This document shows positions 30,163 to 40,987 of a DNA stretch of 64,000 nucleotides, in pieces. Origin of the DNA: Thermodesulfobacteriota bacterium. GTDB lineage: Bacteria > Desulfobacterota_D > UBA1144 > Nemesobacterales > UBA2774. Where the stretch lies: positions 1,216,001-1,280,000 of the forward strand of contig OZ244197.1 of NCBI GenBank assembly GCA_965216785.1. The letters are read 5' to 3'. The notes beneath the pieces were generated by a model. That model saw only the letters and a program-made list of their open reading frames with translations, had not been told where the DNA came from and ran no database searches. A program made the translations under genes and the position numbers. Within the stretch, counting starts at the first letter, position 1. Each line of letters begins with the position of its first letter.

Positions 30163-31038
30163 TTATCCGAACGACTTTTTCATTACGTCCACAGGGGCCG
30201 TCTCACCGGTCCAGATTTCAAAGCTCTCAGCGCCCTGATAAAGGAGCATGCTTAGTCCTCCCGAAGCCCTGTGCCCAAGCTCCCTTACCTCGTTTAGCAG
30301 ATTGGTGTCGGGCGGCTTGTATACGAGATCGTAGACTACCGCGCTTTTATTCAGGCTCGATGTAGGGATATCGGGTTTACCCTCACCGTCCATACCCGCG
30401 GGGGAGGCGTTGACCAATATATCGGCCCCGCTTAGCTTCGCGGCAATACCGTCCTTGTCTTCCATAGGGAGGGGCCCGATTTCTATATCAGAAAAGCTCT
30501 CTTTAAAGTCCGCGGCTAACGCTTCCGCCTTATCCGGCAATATATCCGTTATGGAAATTCTGGAAATCCCGTTCATACAGCAGGCGGACATAACGGCGCG
30601 CGCGGCGCCTCCGGCGCCGACCAGAAATAGCGTTTTCCCCTCAGGGATGAAATCAAGGTCTTCTCTAATGGCTCTCAGGAAACCGCCTACGTCAGTATTG
30701 AACCCGGTGAGCTTTCCTCCCTCGTTCTTAACTGTGTTAACAGCGCCCGTGAGCTTTGCGTCCGGGGATACTTCGTCCAGGTGCGGGATGATAGTTTGTT
30801 TATGGGGGATAGTAATATTAATGCCTTTTATGCCCATAGTCCTTATAGCGTTTGTGGCCTCGCCGATATTCTCAGGCTCTATATCGAACGCCACATAAAC
30901 CGAGTCAAGCCCCAGAGCCTCAAACGCGCTGTTATGCATGTTGGGCGACAGGCTGTGTTTTACCGGGTGTCCGAATATACCGTAGATCTGTGTAGTTGCT
31001 TTTACGCTCAACTCTTCGCTCCCTGAAACTTTTCTCAA
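30163..31038 (-). CDS. aroE: Shikimate dehydrogenase
   Basis: HSLSP, NITIPHK, GAVNT, NTD, GAGGAA. Confidence 0.95.
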   Translation of the reverse strand: MRKVSGSEELSVKATTQIYGIFGHPVKHSLSPNMHNSAFEALGLDSVYVAFDIEPENIGEATNAIRTMGIKGINITIPHKQTIIPHLDEVSPDAKLTGAVNTVKNEGGKLTGFNTDVGGFLRAIREDLDFIPEGKTLFLVGAGGAARAVMSACCMNGISRISITDILPDKAEALAADFKESFSDIEIGPLPMEDKDGIAAKLSGADILVNASPAGMDGEGKPDIPTSSLNKSAVVYDLVYKPPDTNLLNEVRELGHRASGGLSMLLYQGAESFEIWTGETAPVDVMKKSFG

Positions 31039-31055
31039 ATATTACTCGTTTTATA

Positions 31056-31985
31056 TTAGGATGCCGCCAGAATATCTTTTACCTTTAACACGTCTTTTTT
31101 AATCTGATCGACTAAAGCATCCGGACCGTCAAATTTTTGCTCGTCCCTTATCCTTTCCACAAATTCGACACGCACCCTCTTTCCATAAACTTCCTTGTCA
31201 AAATCAAAAACGTGGGTTTCTATCAAGAGCTCATCACTTCCAAAAGTAGGTCTGTATCCGACGTTGGTAATGCTCTCTTTATTCTCTCCATCTATGTGCG
31301 CTCTGGTCGCGTAAACACCAACTTTGGGAAGGATATCCCAGTCGGTGTCAAGGTTTAAGGTGGGGAAACCGATCTGTCTTCCTCTCCTCTCTCCTTCTAT
31401 CACGCTGCCTTCTATGTAAAAGTCGTAACCAAGGAATTTTGAAGCTTCCCTCACATTTCCTTCTCTGAGAAAATTCCTAATCGAGGTCGAGCTCACAATC
31501 TGATCGTCAATGAGCTCGGGTCCGACCACCCTGGTTTCAAAACCGAGTTGCTCTCCCATGACTCTTAGAAGCTCCGCGTTCCCCTCGCGCTTTCTACCGA
31601 ATGCAAAATCCGGTCCTACGATCAGGTGCTTGAGGTTAAGCTTTCCAACAAGAATATTAGTTATGAAATCTTTGGCTGAGATTTGAGAAAGCTCTTTTGT
31701 AAATGTATAACACGCTACATAGTCAACCCCTTGTCTCTCAAGCAGCTTCAGCCTCTCCCTGATCGGTACCAAGAGAGGGATGTCGATATTCTGCAGCACT
31801 TTTTGCGGGTGAGGATGAAAAGTTATAACGCATGAGCTGAGCCCTTTTTCCAGGGCCTCTTTCTTAACAGAGTCTATGATTTTCTTATGCCCTAGATGCA
31901 CTCCGTCAAAGTTCCCAATGGTTGCGGAAGTAGGGCTTTCGATAGGCTGTTCGGGGTCGAATATTACTTTCATATTATTGGGCAC
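31056..31985 (-). CDS. ribF: Bifunctional riboflavin kinase/FAD synthetase
   Basis: GNFDGVHLGH, VSSTSIR, GRQIGFPT, IETH. Confidence 0.95.
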   Translation of the reverse strand: MPNNMKVIFDPEQPIESPTSATIGNFDGVHLGHKKIIDSVKKEALEKGLSSCVITFHPHPQKVLQNIDIPLLVPIRERLKLLERQGVDYVACYTFTKELSQISAKDFITNILVGKLNLKHLIVGPDFAFGRKREGNAELLRVMGEQLGFETRVVGPELIDDQIVSSTSIRNFLREGNVREASKFLGYDFYIEGSVIEGERRGRQIGFPTLNLDTDWDILPKVGVYATRAHIDGENKESITNVGYRPTFGSDELLIETHVFDFDKEVYGKRVRVEFVERIRDEQKFDGPDALVDQIKKDVLKVKDILAAS

Positions 31986-32135
31986 AGAATATTACCATAA
32001 CTTAAGTAAAAGTAGAAAATTTTCATATACGGGGGACTGTTTTGGGGAAATATAAAATATTGATCCTGCTTTGTACATTGTATTCGGCGGTTATTCGCAG
32101 CTCTTTATCGGTACGAGGATTAAGAATTATTCGTA

Positions 32136-33461
32136 TTACTGGCCTACAATATTTTCGACCTTTTTTAGGGCCTCGGGGAGCGTAAAGATAATAACCTTGT
32201 CGTCAATCTCGGGCACATAGTCTCCTCTTGGAATAACAACTTCATTGTGCCTGAGCACTATGCCGACTATCGAGCCTTCAGGGAAGTCTATGTCTTTAAG
32301 CGCTTTACCCAGGATTTTACTCTTTTGAGTGATATCGACCTGAATTACCTCAGCTCTTCCTTCCTCAACTAGCGCTACCTGCGCTACTCCTCCGATGTGA
32401 AGCAGACTGAGTATTTCGTTGGCTACTGAAAGTCTGACGCTTATCGCTCTGTCCACGCCGATGGCCTCAATTACGTCGATATAATCGGGCTTGGTATATA
32501 GAACGGTGGTTCTCTTGGCGCCGAGGTTTTTAGCCAGTAGCGCGCTCAGCACGTTTTCTTCGTCATCACCCGTGAGCGCTATAAAGTAATCAGCTGACTC
32601 TACGCCCGCTTCCTTAAGCGTCTCCGTGTCTGTGGCGTCGCCCTTGAAGACCAGCACGTTGTGCATCTGCTCGGCTGCGACAAGAGCTCTCTCGGGATCG
32701 CTGTCAATGAGTTTTACCTTTATTCCTTTTTCGGAAAGCGCTTTTGCCACACCGAGACCTAATCTCCCGCACCCTACGATTACAACGGATTTTACTGGGG
32801 TATCCTCAACATTGAATAGCTCTTTGAGCTTGCTTAAAACGTCGGGTTTGCCGAGCGCAAAGATATAGTCTCCCGACTCGAGCCTTGTGTCACCTGTTGG
32901 TATCATTATCTCTCCATTCTTCGAGAGGGCTACGAAAATCCAGGCTTTTGCCGGGCCAATGTCCTTGAGCCTGCTTCCGACAATCGGTGTGTCCTCTTCA
33001 ACCTTGAGCTTGAGCAATTTGATCTTGCCCATGGCCAGGGTTTCGGTTTTCCAAGCGTAGGGCGAGCTGATCAGGCTTATAATCTTCTCCGCCATGATAG
33101 CTCCAGGATTTACGATATAAACTTTCGGTCTTTCTAGTATCTTCGGATAGTCGAGATAATTTCTGTCCCTGATCCTTACTATGATCTTGGCTACACCCAC
33201 GGAGGCTGACCATGAAGAGGCCAGGATATTGGTTTTATCATCCCCTGAGACCGCGAGCATAATGTCGCACTTGTCTATTTCGGCCTCTTTTAATATTTGG
33301 GGGTTATCTCCGTCTCCTTCTATAATGAGTACGTCGAGGAGCTCTCTCAGCCTCTCAACCGTGGCTTTGTCTTTCTCTATTATTACAATCTCGTGCTCTG
33401 ATGAAAGGTTTTTAGCCAGGAAGGACCCGACCTGCCCGGCACCTAAAATCACAATACGCAT
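32136..33461 (-). CDS. trkA: Trk potassium uptake protein TrkA
   Basis: Two RCK_N (GAGQVG, GCGRLG) and RCK_C domains. Confidence 0.92.
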   Translation of the reverse strand: MRIVILGAGQVGSFLAKNLSSEHEIVIIEKDKATVERLRELLDVLIIEGDGDNPQILKEAEIDKCDIMLAVSGDDKTNILASSWSASVGVAKIIVRIRDRNYLDYPKILERPKVYIVNPGAIMAEKIISLISSPYAWKTETLAMGKIKLLKLKVEEDTPIVGSRLKDIGPAKAWIFVALSKNGEIMIPTGDTRLESGDYIFALGKPDVLSKLKELFNVEDTPVKSVVIVGCGRLGLGVAKALSEKGIKVKLIDSDPERALVAAEQMHNVLVFKGDATDTETLKEAGVESADYFIALTGDDEENVLSALLAKNLGAKRTTVLYTKPDYIDVIEAIGVDRAISVRLSVANEILSLLHIGGVAQVALVEEGRAEVIQVDITQKSKILGKALKDIDFPEGSIVGIVLRHNEVVIPRGDYVPEIDDKVIIFTLPEALKKVENIVGQ

Positions 33462-33473
33462 GGACTTTTACCC

Positions 33474-34244
33474 CTAAGAGGACTTTGCCTCGCTTATTTT
33501 ATTGCTGCGCTGATATATTTTATAAAGCATTATAACTCCAATAACAGTTAAGCATATGGAGATAACCTGGGCTTGTGATAATCCGGGTATAAAGCTCGGT
33601 GACGTGCTTCTAAGAAATTCCATGAAAAACCTCTGCACGCCGAATATTATAAATCCTACTGAAGTCATCCATCCGAGCGGCAGGTCCCTTTTTCTTATTC
33701 TCCATAGTATCGCGAATATGATTAACATACTTATTGTATCGTAAAGCTGCGTCGGATGGACCCTCAAAATAGTCGGTGGAGAGCCGTCAGGGAAAGAAAT
33801 CGCCCAGGGGAGATTGCTCGGGATTCCGTAATCGTCTCCCACGAGCAAACATCCGATCCTGCCTATTGCATATGCCAGGATCAGGGGCGGCATTGCGGTG
33901 TCCAATACGGATAGGAAACTGACCCTCTTCATCTGAGTCACGAACCAACCTAAAAGAATTGCACCTATAAGCCCACCTAAGAATGTAAAACCCGAAGCCA
34001 TATACCTAGTTGGGTTGGCTAGTAAATCAGAAAGCGTTGCCTGCTGGAACAAAAAAAGTATCTTGGCTCCACCGAGCCCTCCGATTACGCTTGCAATTAG
34101 CAGTAAATCCACCAGATTAGGGTCAAAGCCTTTTCTCTTAAACTCTGCCTCGCTTACAAAATATGCGACCAGAAAAGCTACGAGCACCATGACTGAGAAT
34201 GAAGAGACCTGTATATCTCCGATTGTGAATAGAATAGGATGCAT
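33474..34244 (-). CDS. lgt: Prolipoprotein diacylglyceryl transferase
   Basis: MHPILF, IGRIGC, HPTQLY, RFFMEFLR. Confidence 0.9.
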   Translation of the reverse strand: MHPILFTIGDIQVSSFSVMVLVAFLVAYFVSEAEFKRKGFDPNLVDLLLIASVIGGLGGAKILFLFQQATLSDLLANPTRYMASGFTFLGGLIGAILLGWFVTQMKRVSFLSVLDTAMPPLILAYAIGRIGCLLVGDDYGIPSNLPWAISFPDGSPPTILRVHPTQLYDTISMLIIFAILWRIRKRDLPLGWMTSVGFIIFGVQRFFMEFLRSTSPSFIPGLSQAQVISICLTVIGVIMLYKIYQRSNKISEAKSS

Positions 34245-34444
34245 ATTTATTGGCTCCCTTGCGTTGCGCGCTTTAGGTTCAGGCCCTTTAATATCAAATT
34301 ACAGGAGATTCTTGTCGCTAAAATCTACTGTTTGTTTATAAGGGTTAAAGTCTTACATGGTTTATGCGAGTGTGCAAACTAATGCTATATAGTTTAGGAC
34401 TTCCGGGGCGTATAGCCGGTTTGGTTAACTAAGAGCCCAGCCTA

Positions 34445-36031
34445 TTATGCCTTTGAAGAAAATTCCCCTTTAAATTCGTCCATGATTTTTCTGACCGCCT
34501 GACCGATTGCCTGGTAACTATGCTCAGTTAAATTTGCCAGGGAAACCCGGGCTGAAGGGTGATCTACGTCAAACCCTTTACCGGGGAGCAGCACCACTCC
34601 GGTTTCATCCGCGAGGCGAGTTATAAACTCGGCGCCAGTGTATTTCGTCATAAGCCATTTGGTAAATTTAGCACCGTGCAGCTTGAGAGATAACTCCTCA
34701 AGATCAATAATCGAATAGTAATCAACGCTGTTACTGTCAAAGTCAGGTGTATAGCCTATGGCGTTGTGAAGTATCGCGTAGCGTCTTCTTATCAAGCGTT
34801 TTGCATCGGCTTTATAGTCTTGGCGCTCGTCCAGAATATTCCCGATTGCAAACAGCATCATTTGCAGCTGCTGTGGACAAGATAGGCCTGCCGTATGGTT
34901 TAATGCGACAGCCCGGCTGTCAGCTACAAGGCGGTCTATGAATTTCAGCTCCCGGGGTTTGTCGGTAAGCGAGCTGTAGCGCTTGTCCAGCCTTTTTTTG
35001 ACAGTAGCGGATAAATTCCCGATAAGCTCGTCAAATATATTGTCGTTACCAAGAACTATAGTTCCCAGTCTCCATCCGGTCGCGCCGAAATATTTTGAAA
35101 ACGAGTAGACGCAAAGCGTGTTATAAGGGCATACAGAGAAAATAGACAGGAAATCGTCGGCAAATGTGCCGTATACATCATCTGTTACGATCATCAGGTC
35201 CTTTCTCTTTTTAGAAACAAGCTCGGAAAGATTTTTCAGCACAGTGTCGCTCATTTTTACGGACGGCGGGTTCGAAGGGTTTACCATGAAGAGCAGTTTT
35301 ATTTCAGGATCAAGGAGCTTTTTTAATTCTTTTTGCGGGACCTGCCATGACTTAGCTTCGTCCGCTTTAATATCGACAATTTCTAAGTCGTAAGCAGGTA
35401 TTCGTGGAATCTCAAGATAAGGTGAGAAAATCGGCGTTATAATAGCTATCTTATCGCCTTTGCCCAACAGGCCGTTTGACTTCATTGACTCGAATATATA
35501 TGTCATTGCCGCGGTCCCGCCTTCAGTGGCGAAAATGTCGAAATCTTCCGTCGGCATTTGAGCACCGCACATTTGATTGGCTAAATAAACTTTTACAATA
35601 CGCTGGCAAAGTGTGAGCATCTTTGGAGGGACGGGGTAATTACAGCCTAAAAAGGCTTCTGTTATTTCATGCAGGAGCTCTGCCTTCTTAATTCCCAGAT
35701 GGTCATCTGCAAAAGACAGAACCGAGCTGATAAAATCAATGCCGGGAGAGCCTTCATTATGCAGAGCGTAAGCATCAAAACGCTCGACAATACCTTCTTT
35801 ATCAGGCATCCCACCGAAGCTGGCGCTCAAATAGGAATAGGAGCGCTCGGACTCCCGTAACGCGAAATCACCGACGCGCAGAAAAGCGTGGCGTGCCTGT
35901 GTTGCCAGGAAATTCGGATTTCCCCGGCCGGCATTCAGCATCATTCTGTCCTTGTCCGAGCTCGCCATCTTTATCAGCAGGTCCTTGAATTCAAACGGGC
36001 TTAAATTTTCCAGGTTCTTCGGTAACGTCAT
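34445..36031 (-). CDS. aspD: Aspartate 4-decarboxylase
   Basis: LSPFEFKD, LNAGRGNPN, EGGTAAM, SFSKYFGATGWRLG. Confidence 0.93.
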   Translation of the reverse strand: MTLPKNLENLSPFEFKDLLIKMASSDKDRMMLNAGRGNPNFLATQARHAFLRVGDFALRESERSYSYLSASFGGMPDKEGIVERFDAYALHNEGSPGIDFISSVLSFADDHLGIKKAELLHEITEAFLGCNYPVPPKMLTLCQRIVKVYLANQMCGAQMPTEDFDIFATEGGTAAMTYIFESMKSNGLLGKGDKIAIITPIFSPYLEIPRIPAYDLEIVDIKADEAKSWQVPQKELKKLLDPEIKLLFMVNPSNPPSVKMSDTVLKNLSELVSKKRKDLMIVTDDVYGTFADDFLSIFSVCPYNTLCVYSFSKYFGATGWRLGTIVLGNDNIFDELIGNLSATVKKRLDKRYSSLTDKPRELKFIDRLVADSRAVALNHTAGLSCPQQLQMMLFAIGNILDERQDYKADAKRLIRRRYAILHNAIGYTPDFDSNSVDYYSIIDLEELSLKLHGAKFTKWLMTKYTGAEFITRLADETGVVLLPGKGFDVDHPSARVSLANLTEHSYQAIGQAVRKIMDEFKGEFSSKA

Positions 36032-36046
36032 AATTCCCCTCCCTTG

Positions 36047-37756
36047 TTAAGTTGCGTTTTTAGATACCAATGCCACAATGATCGGCCCCCAGAGGGTAAG
36101 CCAAATATTTGCGATCGCGTATGTAGCTGTAAAAGCGACAACGGGCGTCGAGTTGCCTGCCTTTTCCAGAAGCGCCGCAAATCCCGGATTAGCACTTCTG
36201 CCGCCCGCGATGGTGGCTAAAAGCTCGATCGGATTTTTTATCTTCAACAAATAGTAAGAGATATAAAAAGTTATTATCTGAGGAATAATCGTGACTCCTA
36301 CTCCCAGAAGAAAGAGCTCTGTGCCATGCTCTTTAATTGCGGTCAGAGCTTGTGGCCCGGCCGTAATACCCACTGTGGCCACAAACACCGCCAGACCGAA
36401 ATCACGCAGGAAATTAGAAGCACCCGAAGGCAGCGCCCCGATTTGCGGATGGCGGGAGCGGAGCCAGCCGAAGACCAGTCCCGAAAGTAAACAGCCGCCC
36501 CCGGAGCCTATTGATATCGAAACACCGAATATCTTGATCGTAACCATACCGATCAGTATCCCTAGCGCCATTCCGATACCGAAGCTTATGAAATCTGTGA
36601 GCCTGGCAGCCGAAATTACACGCCCCAATTTTGCTGTCGTGCTATCCAGGTCGGCGGGACGTCCTACAAGCCTTATCTCATCACCCCTTCTCAATACCAG
36701 ATCGTGATCCGGCTTAAGCTCTTCACCGAGTCTCGACACGCCCCTTATAAATAATCCCCTGTGGTATTTATCTACCGTTTTGCTTTGAAACTCTTCGACC
36801 GTTTCTCCGTCAACTTCGGGGTCATGCAAAACAATATCTCTTTCCTCTTCGGTCAGCTGCATTATTTCGGGCTTGGGCACTTCCTTTTCAAATAATTCGT
36901 ATTTTTTAGAAAAATTCTCGGACCTTGCGGTTACAGCAACCACATCGCCGGCCTTTAAAACAGTATCGGGCTTCATATCGAACAATTCGCCGTCCCGCAT
37001 CAACCCTTCTACCGCCATACGATCCTTGCTATCAAATAAATCATCGATATTTTGCCCTATCAACTTGGAACCCTGGAGAATTTCATAGACCCGTGTGTCT
37101 ATATCGGGGATAGCCATAAATTGTCCGGGCTCAAGTTCAATATGAGTACCGGACATTTTCTTTGCCAGCTTCTTGGCTTCTTCGCGAAGGTCCCATTTCA
37201 TCATCGCTGGGAAAATACTAGCCAGCATAATTATCGGACCGAACGATCCGAATATGTAACAAACTGCGTAACCAACAGCTATATTAGCCTGCATTACCTG
37301 GGTTGCTTGAGCCGAGAGGCCTAGCCTTGCGATCGCGTCGCTAGCGGTTCCGATCAGAGCAGACTGGGTCAGCCCGCCTGCTGCCAAGCCTGCCGCAGTA
37401 CCCCTGTCGAGCCCAAAAGTCCAGGCGGCGGCCAGCACACAAAGAAGACCGAGCACGCACGTAATAGTTGCGGAAATCAGCTGAACAGCAGTTTCTCGGT
37501 TAAGTGAGCGGAAAAACTGAGGCCCGCCCTGGTAGCCCACAGCATAGATAAAGAGTGCAAAGAAGATAGTGCCGATAGCGGGGGGCATCTTTATACCTAG
37601 CTGGCCGATTATCACTCCCATTATCAGAGAGCCTGCAATTCCACCCAAGACGAAAGTCTTTACGCGGAACTTACCAATGAAATAACCCGACGCTATGGTT
37701 ATGAATAATATGAATAGAGGGGATTCAATTAATAGGTGATACAGTTCGCTAATCAA
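36047..37756 (-). CDS. aspT: Aspartate:alanine antiporter
   Basis: GYQGGPQFF, AGGLTQSA, central TrkA_C domains; adjacent to aspD. Confidence 0.92.
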   Translation of the reverse strand: MISELYHLLIESPLFILFITIASGYFIGKFRVKTFVLGGIAGSLIMGVIIGQLGIKMPPAIGTIFFALFIYAVGYQGGPQFFRSLNRETAVQLISATITCVLGLLCVLAAAWTFGLDRGTAAGLAAGGLTQSALIGTASDAIARLGLSAQATQVMQANIAVGYAVCYIFGSFGPIIMLASIFPAMMKWDLREEAKKLAKKMSGTHIELEPGQFMAIPDIDTRVYEILQGSKLIGQNIDDLFDSKDRMAVEGLMRDGELFDMKPDTVLKAGDVVAVTARSENFSKKYELFEKEVPKPEIMQLTEEERDIVLHDPEVDGETVEEFQSKTVDKYHRGLFIRGVSRLGEELKPDHDLVLRRGDEIRLVGRPADLDSTTAKLGRVISAARLTDFISFGIGMALGILIGMVTIKIFGVSISIGSGGGCLLSGLVFGWLRSRHPQIGALPSGASNFLRDFGLAVFVATVGITAGPQALTAIKEHGTELFLLGVGVTIIPQIITFYISYYLLKIKNPIELLATIAGGRSANPGFAALLEKAGNSTPVVAFTATYAIANIWLTLWGPIIVALVSKNAT

Positions 37757-37890
37757 TGAGCTTGCCTCTTAATAACTCCTCAACTGTAACGTTCTGCTAT
37801 ATGTGATCAACCTACTAAAACTATAGTAAATAAGAATTAAGAACTTGTCCAAAATTACTATGCCTTTTACCACTGAATTTCTATCTATAT

Positions 37891-39159
37891 TTACAACTCC
37901 ACCTCGAACTTAAAACCAAGTACGAGAGCGTTATCTATATCCTCTCTTCCGCTCGGATGAATAACGTACTGCATCTGAGGCTGTACGATGAGCCATTTTA
38001 ATGTTTCCATTTTGTATGTAAGCTCGAGGACCGACTCGTAGTCCTGCTCCGGTAGGTCGTCGCTGTAATCGCCGATCAGGAAGCCGAGCCCCGTTTTATC
38101 GCTATTGCGGTTTTTTATCAAGCCTACATAAGCGAGCCCCCCGGCATAGTAGAACGGAAACGAGTTAATTTCCTCCTGTGGTGAATAGGTGAATACGGAG
38201 AAGAATATCAAGCCCTGATTGTCTAGGCCGTTCTCCTTATACAGTGTTTGCTCCATAAAGAAATAAAAGCCGTAGTTATCAGACTTAGTCCTGCCGGGTT
38301 TATTAAAGACGTCAAATTCACTCGTATCCAGAAGCGCCCCCAGCTTATATGTGCCCGGAAGTCCGTGCCTTGAGATTTTGAGTTTGGGACTGTATCCGAT
38401 CTCCCCGAGCCAAAGTGCTCCACCGTCAAACGAAAAATCTAGTCCGTTATTGTCCGCGTCTTTATTGTCCGGGTTCGACGTATACACGCCGGACATTATA
38501 TAAAACTCTTTTACGGGTTTGATTTTTACCCTTATACCCCACGCGGAGAAAGGATCGGGAGTGATGGTGGGTATGTTTTTCTTTATACTGCCGGCGTTTG
38601 CATTAAACGCTGTATTGACGTAGTACTCTAAAACGTCCAGGGTCGCAAACTCGGTAAGAGTTGCCATCCTTCCGGCGGCAACGCTCAGCTTGTCTCCGAA
38701 AAGTGACTGCTCCATAAAAAGCTGGTATAGACGGTATGAATCTGCACCGAACGTGAACCCGAGGTTTAGGTTAAAAACCTCAGACACGTCGAACTCGTTC
38801 CCTATGTGCTCTTCAGAGAGGCTCCATCCCGTGATCCAGGTGCCTGAGACGACAAATCTAAGACCGTTAATCCCTGCAATTTTCCCGAGATCAAACTCTG
38901 AGCCTATAACTAGCTGGCCCGCGTATTCAAATCCTTTGCTTTCACCGCCGACGGGGTTCCCCAGAAAGGTAGTATGGTAATTACCGAAAAACGTTATTCC
39001 TTTGTCAACAAGCTCATTACGTTTTCCACCCCAGCCGCCTGTCATATACTCACTGTCAAGCCATTTACCGAAGGCGTTTTTCTCATTAGATTGAGAAACC
39101 GCATCGTTAATTGGGACGCAAAAAAAGAGAATTGATGAAATAATAATTATGAATCTCAT
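37891..39159 (-). CDS. OprB-family carbohydrate-selective porin
   Basis: MTGGWGGKRNELVDKGITF, QPQMQYVIHPSG, signal peptide. Confidence 0.85.
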   Translation of the reverse strand: MRFIIIISSILFFCVPINDAVSQSNEKNAFGKWLDSEYMTGGWGGKRNELVDKGITFFGNYHTTFLGNPVGGESKGFEYAGQLVIGSEFDLGKIAGINGLRFVVSGTWITGWSLSEEHIGNEFDVSEVFNLNLGFTFGADSYRLYQLFMEQSLFGDKLSVAAGRMATLTEFATLDVLEYYVNTAFNANAGSIKKNIPTITPDPFSAWGIRVKIKPVKEFYIMSGVYTSNPDNKDADNNGLDFSFDGGALWLGEIGYSPKLKISRHGLPGTYKLGALLDTSEFDVFNKPGRTKSDNYGFYFFMEQTLYKENGLDNQGLIFFSVFTYSPQEEINSFPFYYAGGLAYVGLIKNRNSDKTGLGFLIGDYSDDLPEQDYESVLELTYKMETLKWLIVQPQMQYVIHPSGREDIDNALVLGFKFEVEL

Positions 39160-39380
39160 AATTGGATTTGCGCATAGTCTGGTGCAGCTGAAATTAAATG
39201 AAAAATAATCGTGATACGCAAGCTAAGTTCTGTAATATATTAATAATATCATCCTTACTAAAACAAGCAATTTCAGGCTTTTATGTAGTGGTAAATGCTC
39301 AACGATTTCAGACACTTAATCTATAGTTGAAGCGCCTAGTATACGATTCCGCATCTTAATAGCAATCTAAAGGATGTTTG

Positions 39381-39962
39381 TCAGGGCTTCCAGGGTGTGT
39401 AGTCGATATTATGGATTATATCCATAGAGTAGCTCACGGAGCTTGAAAGCTTCTCACCATACTCTGCTACCCACTCGGGGGGCGCGTTTGAGTAAAAATC
39501 ATTAAGCGTCATCCAAGCGCCTCCGCTTAGTAAACCCCCGTCAACTACACTTACCAGAAAAGCGGTCATGTCGCCCCCGTCCATGGCGTTTATAATCTCA
39601 CATTCGGCATAAGAATGGGCGTCATCGAGCACTGGGCTTCCGGTAACGCCTAAGCTATAGGATATGTCTTCAAACTTATCTTTTTCCCTTCCTGTATAGA
39701 AGCCGAAGTTTTTCACAAGTCCGATCTGGTCTTTTCTAAGTAGGTGTATTGTGAATGCTTTACTGTAAGTTATGAACTCGTGCGTGTAGTTACCTTTCCA
39801 GATTCCCACCAAAAGCCTGGGAATCGTGTGAACTATGGAAGAAGTGACGGCAGTGACCGCTATCTGAGCGTTTACTTTGTCCTCCATAGAGCTTGCTATG
39901 ACGACTACGGGGGAGAGTGTCCAAAAAGCGCCCGCTACAGACGCCCCCTCTTCCCTACTCAT
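39381..39962 (-). CDS. Flavin reductase-like protein
   Basis: FGFYTGREKDKF, GVTGSPVL, DGGD. Confidence 0.8.
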   Translation of the reverse strand: MSREEGASVAGAFWTLSPVVVIASSMEDKVNAQIAVTAVTSSIVHTIPRLLVGIWKGNYTHEFITYSKAFTIHLLRKDQIGLVKNFGFYTGREKDKFEDISYSLGVTGSPVLDDAHSYAECEIINAMDGGDMTAFLVSVVDGGLLSGGAWMTLNDFYSNAPPEWVAEYGEKLSSSVSYSMDIIHNIDYTPWKP

Positions 39963-40000
39963 TATGTTCAGCCTTAAGATTCCTCATAGTATTTTCCAAA

Positions 40001-40789
40001 TTACCAATCAAAAGCTATAACAACCTGACCCGTGACGAGCGGGCCGAGGTTAACTTTGTCCCTGTCGGGCACGATTATTTTTACCGGGTTTACTATATAG
40101 CTCGCAGCTTTTAAAAACCCGCTGTTTTGACTCTCAAGCCACTCGGATGTTTCCTCGAGTACCACCCCGGCGGGTATTCCTATGCCAGGCGTGACAATAA
40201 GGTCTTGAATCGATGGGGATTGTATTACCCCCTCTATTGTGTATTCAAAGAGTGTGCTTTGAATTACGGATCCGAGCGCGGAGGTGTAGAAGTTATATCC
40301 CTTGGCTCTGTAATAAAGGTATGAATAAGCTCCAAACGCAGGATGAGCGATCCAATTGGTTTTAAAGCTATCCCCGTCCTCCACCTCGAAATCACCCCTT
40401 TTCCTGTCTTTGTTCTGGAAGCCTAAAACGTTCTTCCACCACCTGAATGGATCTATCAGCATCTGCTTGTCCTTATTGGTTATATCCATCATGTTTACCT
40501 GCACGATGCGGACTAGCCAGAGTGTGAAGTAGACGTTTCGGGTGGCGCGGAGAAAATCCTCAAAATCGGCAAGGGATTTTCGGTCCGCCTCTTTGTAAAA
40601 TTCAATATCGGCATTTCTGTATTCTGCCGAGTTGATTAAAACAGAGCTGTTAACCGGGCTCATTAGTACGGGAGGAGTGTCGCCGAAAATATTGTCAGCG
40701 CGGGCAATCCCGGCGGATATTATAAATACGGGAGTTAATAAAATTAAATAAATCCAGGCGGGAAATAGCTTCTTCATCATTTGAGACAC
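40001..40789 (-). CDS. DUF3943-like exported/outer-membrane protein
   Basis: DGDSFKTNWIAHP..G..YL..R, FEYTIE...PSIQDLIVTP. Confidence 0.7.
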   Translation of the reverse strand: MSQMMKKLFPAWIYLILLTPVFIISAGIARADNIFGDTPPVLMSPVNSSVLINSAEYRNADIEFYKEADRKSLADFEDFLRATRNVYFTLWLVRIVQVNMMDITNKDKQMLIDPFRWWKNVLGFQNKDRKRGDFEVEDGDSFKTNWIAHPAFGAYSYLYYRAKGYNFYTSALGSVIQSTLFEYTIEGVIQSPSIQDLIVTPGIGIPAGVVLEETSEWLESQNSGFLKAASYIVNPVKIIVPDRDKVNLGPLVTGQVVIAFDW

Positions 40790-40987
40790 CCGATCTTACT
40801 AACCTCCTATAATAATAACATAGACGTGCTTTGAATTGGTACTAAAATCTTAAACGTGGCAAAATATCCAAAAGGCGTTTTATATCGGAAAAATAATGTG
40901 TTTCAGATAAAAAATAGCTTGACTTCGCCAATAAAATAATGTAATTATCTGGGGTATAATATTCCTAAATTCCGCAGGAGGAGCTTA

